Positions 1-7,400 of a DNA stretch of 22,329 nucleotides are shown piece after piece. Source of the stretch: an uncultured virus (IMG/VR IMGVR_UViG_3300037400_001971) (lineage: Duplodnaviria; Heunggongvirae; Uroviricota; Caudoviricetes); the IMG/VR virus record IMGVR_UViG_3300037400_001971; one strand, written 5' to 3'. Under the pieces are notes generated by a model. The model worked only from the letters and a program-made list of their open reading frames with translations, was not told where the DNA came from and ran no database searches. The translations under genes and the position numbers were made by a program. Position 1 is the stretch's first letter, and every line of letters starts with the position of its first letter.

Positions 1-105
1 CAGTCCGAAATAGAGGCTCACATAAAGCACCCCATATTCGTATGCCGTAGGGCTTGGCATGTAGGTGACAAACTCCACCCTATCGAACTTATTCAGCCTA
101 TCCAT
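1..105 (-). CDS. Partial ORF (runs off the window start), DUF6527-like small protein N-terminus
   Basis: Not in the ORF track. The ATG at 105-103 lies 4 nt after the endolysin stop. It reads MDRLNKFDRVEFVTYMPSPTAYEYGVLYVSLYFGL with no stop before position 1. The 'VEFVxxxP...GVLYVS' pattern resembles DUF6527 N-termini as I recall them. Confidence 0.55.
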   Translation of the reverse strand, partial: MDRLNKFDRVEFVTYMPSPTAYEYGVLYVSLYFGL

Positions 106-109
106 GCCG

Positions 110-670
110 TCAGAAGGTGATAGTTTTCTTCGGGATGGTGTTCAGCGTCAGGCTCCCATATTGAATGCCTTGCAAGCGGTTCATCCATCCTTTCAGGAAT
201 TTGTAATTTGTGGGGCGGTTCACGCAGATGTCGTTGAGGAACTTCTTTCTGCGCTGCCAAATCTGATTGAAGAATGTCCGCGCATCCTTCGAGTTCAGGG
301 CTGCAATGGTCTTGGGGCCTACGATGCCGTCAGCTTTCACGCCAAGCATCTGTTGAGGAATGACGATACCATGCTTTCCGCTTCCCCAAACCCAATCGAC
401 AAGGATATTGGCGATGCTCTGGTCTTTGATTTCGTCAGCCTTCCACTTATTCCAAAAGTTCAGACGGCAGATGCGCATGGCATCCTCTTTGGTGATGAGT
501 TTCAAGTCCTGAACATCAATGTCACCGTCACCATCCTTATCATATCCTTGCGCTTTCCATGTCGCAATGGTCACGCCGTACTTGGTCGCACCGCCACGGT
601 CGCCCGGTACGTCCGCAAAGCCTCCCTCCCATGAGAGAATGAAAGGCCATAGATTTTCCAGTTTTGCCAT
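110..670 (-). CDS. Endolysin, glycoside hydrolase family 108 with C-terminal peptidoglycan-binding domain
   Basis: N-terminal [21 protein letters not shown] is the GH108 EGG/DxGGxT signature. Also [14 protein letters not shown] and C-terminal FLKGWMNRL (PG_binding_3-like). Located after a holin-like gene at the end of the tail module. Confidence 0.93.
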   Translation of the reverse strand: MAKLENLWPFILSWEGGFADVPGDRGGATKYGVTIATWKAQGYDKDGDGDIDVQDLKLITKEDAMRICRLNFWNKWKADEIKDQSIANILVDWVWGSGKHGIVIPQQMLGVKADGIVGPKTIAALNSKDARTFFNQIWQRRKKFLNDICVNRPTNYKFLKGWMNRLQGIQYGSLTLNTIPKKTITF

Positions 671-673
671 AAT

Positions 674-1033
674 TTAATATCCGTTTTGAGGTTCGCGCTG
701 CTGACACTTCGGCCTGATACAGCGATATTTCTGTAATTCTAATTCCGTTTGGGCATTTTTCAGCATCAGCTTATGTTCCCTATCTTGGACTTCGCGCAGC
801 CGGTTGGTTTGCTCAATGAAGCGTTTTTCCTTTTCCATGTTCTGCTCCACCATTTCTTTCAACTGGCCCTGCAGGAACTCAACCATTTCTTTCAACACCC
901 CGAACTCGGCCTGATCTGCCTCTGCCTCCGCAATCCTGCTATTGGATTTGCGGTTGAGAAGATACTTGATGGCCTCCCATCCACCGAGTACTCCAGCTGC
1001 CGTTGCCATTGTAGTTATAATCGTCTCAAACAT
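674..1033 (-). CDS. Holin-like / lysis-associated membrane protein (N-terminal TM helix plus coiled coil)
   Basis: Hydrophobic N-terminus (IITTMATAAGVLGGWEAIKYLL), then a long E/Q/K-rich coiled coil and a terminal CxxxxC. Ends 3 nt before the endolysin ATG. The ATG at 1033 is preferred over the track's 1057 start. Confidence 0.6.
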   Translation of the reverse strand: MFETIITTMATAAGVLGGWEAIKYLLNRKSNSRIAEAEADQAEFGVLKEMVEFLQGQLKEMVEQNMEKEKRFIEQTNRLREVQDREHKLMLKNAQTELELQKYRCIRPKCQQREPQNGY

Positions 1034-1092
1034 AGTCGTAAATATTTCTTGCCACAAAGGTACGTTATTTATTGCAATCTTATACCATGTGT

Positions 1093-1563
1093 TTACTCAA
1101 TGGCGGGCATGATTGAATAAACATAGGCGATGGCCATACATGATACCTCAGTCCAAAAAGTATAGTTCCTATCCCTGAGAAAAAGGAGATAGGCCACGCA
1201 TGGGAACCACAATAGCAGCAGGAGCGGGCGATTGAGCATCACCAACAACTGGGAGCATATACAACAGCCGATGCCGCCGATATTATGCTGCAAGCCGTCC
1301 TCACTCCTATAATTGGGAGTGACCGCTACCATGGAAAGCCCTACGATGGTCAGGAACGCGAGAAACTGGGTACCTTCGGAACTTCTTTCAAGCATGGAAG
1401 GTAACAAGAGACCCCCAATGATAAGCAGGGTCAAGGTGAACGCTATCTTATGACTGACAAGATAGGCGGTGCTGGAGATTGATTCCAGCACACCGCCATT
1501 CTTCCGTATCATGGCCGCTATGAATGTCAGACACAGAATGAGCGAGAGGATGGCCATGTTCAT
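1093..1563 (-). CDS. Multi-pass membrane protein of unknown function (about 4-5 TM helices)
   Basis: Several hydrophobic stretches. The ATG at 1563 overlaps the upstream TGA (ATGA, 1563-1560), indicating translational coupling. Confidence 0.7.
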   Translation of the reverse strand: MNMAILSLILCLTFIAAMIRKNGGVLESISSTAYLVSHKIAFTLTLLIIGGLLLPSMLERSSEGTQFLAFLTIVGLSMVAVTPNYRSEDGLQHNIGGIGCCICSQLLVMLNRPLLLLLWFPCVAYLLFLRDRNYTFWTEVSCMAIAYVYSIMPAIE

Positions 1564-2087
1564 AGCACCACATCTTCCAGCCACTCATTGACGGCATCTT
1601 TCTCCCTCCAGCCTTCGGTGAGCATCTGACGGATATAAGCAATACCTCCGAGATAGAACTGAGCCAACTCCTGCAGGTTTTGGAAATTCTCGTAGATGGG
1701 CTTTTTCTCCGAATCCTCACCGACCTTATAGCGGACGGGGAACTCTGCCAAATCGGGATAGTCGTGAGCCGCGTCGTGATAAGCCTTATAGTTTGACTGA
1801 TTCTCTGCCGAGAGCCAAACATTGGCCACCTTGCCCTCATCTTCACCATGAAGGATGAGCCACTGATAGCCACTCAGGATCTTATCGTCCGTCTCTGCAT
1901 CGATATGGGCGATAATGGCATCGCGGACATCATCGATGGTTGGCCGGTGGTCAACCTCAGTGGTGAAACTGTCACAAGAATATCCATCGGTCACTTCCTC
2001 AATATTGAGGTTCATTGTCACAAGCCATTTTTTCAGGCCCTTCGCCACCGCTACTTTCGGCGGTCTCTCTGTCAAAATCTCTTTCAT
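1560..2087 (-). CDS. Conserved phage protein, DUF4376-like (possible tail fibre assembly factor)
   Basis: IDAETDDKILSGYQW...VWLSAENQSNYKA...FPVRYKVG...FY...GWREKD resembles proteins that follow tail fibres in Bacteroidota phages. Likely ATG at 2087 after an AT-rich leader. The function is inferred from position. Confidence 0.6.
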   Translation of the reverse strand: MKEILTERPPKVAVAKGLKKWLVTMNLNIEEVTDGYSCDSFTTEVDHRPTIDDVRDAIIAHIDAETDDKILSGYQWLILHGEDEGKVANVWLSAENQSNYKAYHDAAHDYPDLAEFPVRYKVGEDSEKKPIYENFQNLQELAQFYLGGIAYIRQMLTEGWREKDAVNEWLEDVVL

Positions 2088-2174
2088 AATGTTCAAATTC
2101 AAATATTAGTTGTCCGTTATATTCTCTTACTATAAGCATTCTATCTTGATACAGATACCTTTCTTCCTTCATAG

Positions 2175-3758
2175 TTATGCCGCTATATCGTATGGCAATG
2201 CCAGTTCACGGTATTTCTTCTTTGCTCGGATACTTTGATAATGCCCTCGTATATAGAAATACTTGAAGAACTTACCTCCCAGCTTTCCGATGATTTCTTT
2301 TCTCTTGTTATAGGTAGCCTTTCCTTTGCAAAAACCGAGATAAGAATTGACCACCTGCTCGATGCGCTTGCAGTCAAGGATGCTCAACTCTTCCTTGCTA
2401 TGAATAAGCCGTGAGAATCCGACCACTCTTTCCTCAAATCGCGCCAGCGTCCTATTGGAGAGATATATCCTTCCTGGCTTGATGTATGAGCCAACGAGGG
2501 CCACCCCATGACTGACCGGCTGCAGATATCGCTTATGCTTGTGCATTTCGAGTTTCAACTTCCGCAAGAAGGCCTCCATCTTCGGAATGGACTTCATCAG
2601 GAAATCCAAATCATCACAAACAACATCCCAGTCGTCCACGAACCGCTCATAGGAGTAGTTCTTTCCTCTGAAAAGATATAGTATATATTGGTCGAAGAAC
2701 GACATCAGGAAGTTGGCGAATAGCTGGGTGGTCAGGTTCCCAATAGGTTCACCCTTTTCATCACCGCATCCGAAAAGCGACTTATTAGGAGCAAGCCCAA
2801 TCCAATCGTCAGGACATGAGTTCAGGACGCAATCATTTTCGGGATGGTGCATAACGGTGATATTGGTTACTTTCGCAAGGATTCCCCAATACATTTCGGG
2901 CATACCCGTCAAACCGAACTCAGCCCATCCTTTCCGCTCATATCTCTTTTTCCATCTGATAATGAATCGCTTTAGCAGATACCATAGCATATTCTTGTCG
3001 ATGCTCATAAAGAAGCCTACTAAGTCGCCACGGAATACCCAAGCATCCTTATTGTAGTTATCAGATACCCGCGCCATTCCTTCAGCGCAATGCTGGACGC
3101 ATTTCTCAGTTCCGTAACCCTTTCTGCAGTTGAATGATACGTCACCCTGAGAGACAAAGCGGTACTCGAAGAGCGGTTCCAGCCTCAGACATATCCAATG
3201 GTGAACAATGCGGTCGCGGAAATTGGCCGCAAACACCTCCCTGAGTTTTGGATATCTTACAAGGAAGCATGTGGAGGTGGACGGTTTATAGGTTCCCGTC
3301 CACAACTCCCATGCGAGAGAAGGCAAGTCAGCCCATGCCACCTGCATATATGCCAACGCCTGAGGCGAAGACATCTTGCCGCGCATACAATCCCGATAAG
3401 CATCATGTACGGTCTTGAAGAACCGCATGAAAGCCTCATTGTGTATCGCTTCTTCGGGCAGATGGTCAAAGACGTATTCTAATCCATCAAATGCTGCCAC
3501 TGGCCTAACAACGTTGCCGTTATACTTGTTGTTGTTGTTGACGTTACCTGAGCCAAAATTCACGTTCCACGCGTTGTTGCTGTTGTTCTCAGTCACGCTC
3601 CAGTAGTTGCTGTCTTTCTGCGATTTTGCATCTTCGTAACTATCTTCGGTTCCGCTATCCGCACCACAACAGCGGTAAGCGTCCCATCCCATTTCAGGAT
3701 GAAGCCCGACGATAGTAAATCGCCCATTTAACGGATTATGTGATACCCTGCCTATCAT
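2175..3758 (-). CDS. DGR reverse transcriptase (ORF includes the TR in frame in its 5' part; alternative start at 3428)
   Basis: RT motifs: PKLREVFAANFRDRIVHH, SFNCRKGYGT, GDLVGFFMSID, GEPIGNLTTQLFAN (2724-2744 core), YERFVDD (FVDD 2631-2642) and LVGSYI. The frame is uninterrupted and adjacent to the TR/VR pair and an avd-like gene. Confidence 0.96.
   Translation of the reverse strand: MIGRVSHNPLNGRFTIVGLHPEMGWDAYRCCGADSGTEDSYEDAKSQKDSNYWSVTENNSNNAWNVNFGSGNVNNNNKYNGNVVRPVAAFDGLEYVFDHLPEEAIHNEAFMRFFKTVHDAYRDCMRGKMSSPQALAYMQVAWADLPSLAWELWTGTYKPSTSTCFLVRYPKLREVFAANFRDRIVHHWICLRLEPLFEYRFVSQGDVSFNCRKGYGTEKCVQHCAEGMARVSDNYNKDAWVFRGDLVGFFMSIDKNMLWYLLKRFIIRWKKRYERKGWAEFGLTGMPEMYWGILAKVTNITVMHHPENDCVLNSCPDDWIGLAPNKSLFGCGDEKGEPIGNLTTQLFANFLMSFFDQYILYLFRGKNYSYERFVDDWDVVCDDLDFLMKSIPKMEAFLRKLKLEMHKHKRYLQPVSHGVALVGSYIKPGRIYLSNRTLARFEERVVGFSRLIHSKEELSILDCKRIEQVVNSYLGFCKGKATYNKRKEIIGKLGGKFFKYFYIRGHYQSIRAKKKYRELALPYDIAA
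3489..3613 (-). repeat. DGR template repeat (TR)
   Basis: Gapless 125-nt match to 4455-4579 (offset 966). Contains 14 Asn codons (13 AAC, 1 AAT). All 16 differences from the VR are at TR adenines on the coding strand. Confidence 0.97.
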
Positions 3759-3772
3759 AATCTCTTTCGATT

Positions 3773-4222
3773 TTATGATTTGGCACCCTCACCACTTGTA
3801 TAATCGCGCCACGCCATAAGCTGCGCGAGAATACTTTTCATCAATGCCTTCGACTTATTATCGAGATCCTTATCCACGATAACCTCCAATTTGCGAAGGA
3901 TTGTGAAATCATTCCTTACTTCGTTCACAAGAATCATGGCACTTTCCTGATACCAGACCCTGTCTTTCGGATTTCTCGAAATATCAGCCATGCCGATGGC
4001 CTTGCTGATTTCCGATACATTCATAAGCATTTGGTCAAAGAACTTCCGTAACTTGTTGGGGCTTTTCACCACCAAGGCGGTTACGATGAATTTCAGGTTT
4101 GCCACCGACCTGTAAACAGGAAGTTGGGCTAACGTCTTTTTTGCCTTCTGTTTTTTGGCGTTGCTTTCCGCAACCGTGGACGCAGGAATCACAACGCCCT
4201 TCCTTTGTTCTGTTTCTTGCAT
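3773..4222 (-). CDS. avd: DGR accessory variability determinant (Avd-like four-helix bundle protein)
   Basis: 149 aa, basic and helical, with LAQLPVYR near the N-terminus and ILAQLMAW near the C-terminus, as in Avd/four-helix-bundle proteins. Lies directly upstream of TR and RT. Confidence 0.82.
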   Translation of the reverse strand: MQETEQRKGVVIPASTVAESNAKKQKAKKTLAQLPVYRSVANLKFIVTALVVKSPNKLRKFFDQMLMNVSEISKAIGMADISRNPKDRVWYQESAMILVNEVRNDFTILRKLEVIVDKDLDNKSKALMKSILAQLMAWRDYTSGEGAKS

Positions 4223-4227
4223 TTGAT

Positions 4228-4362
4228 TTACTTTTTAATTGTTTTGTTTATTATTTGCGCTTCGGATTCCCTATGCGCCTTTTTCTCATTCTCGATTGCC
4301 ATTTCTTCCCAAGCATCTTCGAGGTATTCCCCGTAATCCTGGTATTCCTCATACTTTTTCAT
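4228..4362 (-). CDS. Small 44-aa ORF inside the DGR cassette
   Basis: Below the ORF-track cutoff: MKKYEEYQDYGEYLEDAWEEMAIENEKKAHRESEAQIINKTIKK*. It fills the gap between the VR hairpin and avd and stops 5 nt before the avd ATG. It shares the upstream 11-mer AATTAAAAAGT with avd. Confidence 0.5.
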   Translation of the reverse strand: MKKYEEYQDYGEYLEDAWEEMAIENEKKAHRESEAQIINKTIKK

Positions 4363-4398
4363 GTTATGACTTTTTAATTCGCTCCCACCCCTCCCTGC

Positions 4399-4418
4399 GG
4401 GCGTGTTGGAACACGCCC
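4399..4418. promoter_or_regulatory. GC-rich hairpin/cruciform downstream of VR (DGR target-recognition element)
   Basis: GGGCGTGT-TGGA-ACACGCCC: perfect 8-bp stem with a 4-nt loop, 21 nt past the target stop codon. No counterpart is seen downstream of the TR. Confidence 0.8.
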
Positions 4419-4439
4419 TAAAGAGGTGAAAGGTACACG

Positions 4440-7400
4440 CTAAAGCGTGAATGTAAATGCTGCCACTGGCCTAACAACGTGGCCGCCATACTTGTTGTGG
4501 CCGTAGACGTAACCTGAGCCAAAACTCACGTGCCACGCGATGTAGCTGCTGTACTCAGTCACGCTCCAGTAGCCGCTGTTACTTGGCATAGTAAATGGAT
4601 TTCCTGTCGATATGACATCGCTTATACGCTTCTGTAAATTGGCGAATAGCGGTAGCAGGGCCTCGCTTTGAGGATTCTCGTTGACATAATTCACGGAGAT
4701 TCTGCCACCGTTATCATACGTTACTCGACCACAACTATTGTAGAAGAAGTTATAGATGCGTGCCAACAGTCCTTCGGTCGGCAGCAGCCATTTCCCTCTC
4801 TTGTATTGGTCATCCAGCACGTCATCCTCTTCCATTGCTGGCTCATAAAGATATGATGCGTAGATGGCTGGGAAGAATAGCTGTCTGTAACGAGCAGGAG
4901 CGGAAACGCCCTGTGCAGTCATGTAAGCCACGAGGGCCTGCATCTGGTCGCCAAGTTCCGTCATATCTACCGGCAATCTATCGATGAAGTTGTAATTCTC
5001 GGCGAGATAATTCAGGATAATGGCATTCGCATGACGGATGACAATATCATTCTTATTATCTATATCGAAATCATTACAACAACCTCCAGTCAAGACTGCA
5101 TAGCCATCATCCTGATTAGCATCCAAGAACGTATCTCGGATATATCGATAATCTTTATTATTGGAATTTGATGGATCGGCCAGACCTGAACTTGTAATAT
5201 TTGTCATTGGAGTATCAACCGCACTGGATAGACTTGCGGCATCGCGCACAGCATTATAGAATGTAGCAGGGAATCCATTAGCCTGAGATTCGTCAGGATA
5301 GATACCCCACGGCAATCCTGCGGTATTGAGGGTGCCATCAGTACTCCTACAAACGGCATTCTCTTTGGCATATACCCAGCACTTGCAGGTAGCGGGGATG
5401 GTTTCTTGAGCATCATACCACGTCAGGACATCACGCTTTACGACGGCTCCCACCAGCTTCTTTGAGGTATCGTACTCATCATCGAAGGTACCATCCGAAT
5501 AGGCGAAGTCGCCCACTCTCGGAATGCGGTTGGCAGCACCCACCGTTTTCGTATAACTGAGGGTGGTTCCATCCGTCAGCTTCATGTTCACGTTCAGGGT
5601 GAAGCGAAGCGGATGCTCGGTGACCTGTACCTGCTTGACAAGGATAGTTCCCTTGTAAGAGTTCGTCACTTCGAGATATTCGCCCACATCATTGCCCGAA
5701 AGCGTCCAAGTAATATCCTCATGGCCGTCCCTGATGGCCACATTGTTACCCTTTGTCGGCAGCACCGAAATCTCCCATCCATTGAACGCGCCGGCGGTCT
5801 TGATATACTTCACGCCCTTCACGGTGAATGAGTTGATGGTATTCTTTCGGTAGTCCACATAAAGGCTATTCGATTGGCTCTGAATATTGCCGTAGCGGTC
5901 AATGAGGTTTATCACATCATTGTACGGCAAATCATCCGTCGAAATGAGAGCCATGCTGCCGGTCAGGTCACAACTTTGCAGGGTCATCATCCATGTTACC
6001 ATGGCAGCGGCCACATTCGTCCAGGCTATTCCCCTCGCTTTGAGCCGTTGCAATACCCTTGTGCTGCTGCTGAATATCGACCTTACCAAAGCACCGCTAT
6101 TCATGGGGATATTCTCGCCGATGTTCAATTCCTGAATGGCACTATATCCTTCCATCGTCACCGTTGAGAGCGACGGCATATTCTCCAAGGTCAGGGAGGT
6201 AATGGTGGCCGGTAGCTTGACCGTCGTAAGAGTTGAAGTCTGCGGCAATCTTGGAATGGAAATATCCGTCTGTCTGAGGTCGATTTCCTGAGCCAGCGAG
6301 AGTTTGGTCAGATTGATGGTACCTCCACCAAGCACGGCTCCTTTCAGCGACAATCTCCGCAAGCGGGTGGCAGAGCCGATGGCAAAGCCGCTCACGCGGA
6401 AGGCGGGCAACTGGGAAGGGCCATAGAGTTGCGTAGGTTCGGCTATAAACTCCGTCAGACGCTTTCCGTTCAGGGTGAACTCGGAAGCATCATTCGTCAC
6501 CATATCTCCCACGTTGCCAAGTGAGCGGTAGAAGTTCAGGCCATAGATGGAAACACCGTTATCTGAAGCATTGCTCGGGCTGATTACCAGCTCGAAGGTC
6601 TCGCCCGGTGCCACTCGCACATGAGGATCTCGCGTATCATTATCGATGCCGCCAACAGGGTATAGCCACTGATGGGGTACGAGATTGAAGCGATATACCG
6701 ACGGTTGGCTGGTTCCTGGGAGGGCCTTATGCATCATGGAGAAAGCATCAAGGGCATCGGGAGCATTGATAAGTCCCGTGCTTCGGTCGCTCATATTTCG
6801 GAACTCTCCGAAAGCGGCATAACTGGCCATGTAAACCAAACGACGCTTCATAAACTGCAACTCAGCCTGCAGCTGGTCGCCCATTGACTGAGTGATAGGC
6901 ACGACCTCGCGGTTATCGGACTTATAGCCCAGCAGGGTCGGGAACTCATAGCGGATGCGGGCGGCTTCATTGAATACCATCTGCGGGAAGTAACGCTGAA
7001 TATCGAAGATATATTTATTGAGTGTTCCCCATACGCCGCTGAGATTTCGGCTGGCAGCGGTTCCTACCTTGCTGCCATTGAGCGAAGCCATAGCACCGAG
7101 AATACGACGCATCATGGTCTGCAACTCCTTGGAATCCTCCCACATCAACTCCACCAAGTCGAAGAGGACATTGTAATAACCCTCATAGAGGATATTATCA
7201 TTATCCACATCTGAGGTCATGGCCACCCTCGAAGCATTTGCGCCTCCGTATGGGTGCATACGGTCGATGTAGTAAGGCTTGGTCTGCAAGCCGCTGTTGT
7301 CGGTCGGCAGAACGGTATCGACATCGTCCTGATGCAACTCGAACAATCCGGTGGCGGGGTCAAGGACATAATAAGTATTCTTCGAGCAGTTATCGGTTCC

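Larger units (their letters stand above)
2175..4579 (-). mobile_element. Diversity-generating retroelement cassette: VR - hairpin - small ORF - avd - TR - RT
   Basis: All canonical DGR components are co-oriented, with adenine-specific TR/VR divergence. Confidence 0.95.

Noticed and set aside
65..634. 189-aa plus-strand ORF
   Set aside because: Antisense shadow of the clearly recognisable endolysin, with no motifs of its own.
3528..3540. (GTT)n run resembling a microsatellite
   Set aside because: It is the run of AAC codons of the TR on the coding strand and is fully explained by the DGR.
2175..3758. RT as a group II intron maturase, retron or Abi RT
   Set aside because: No maturase/endonuclease extension or msr-msd-like region was recognised. 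The adenine-specific TR/VR pair and the avd-like gene identify it as DGR-type.
4399..4418. Hairpin as a rho-independent terminator
   Set aside because: No U-tract follows on the coding strand. Position and geometry fit a DGR homing hairpin better.
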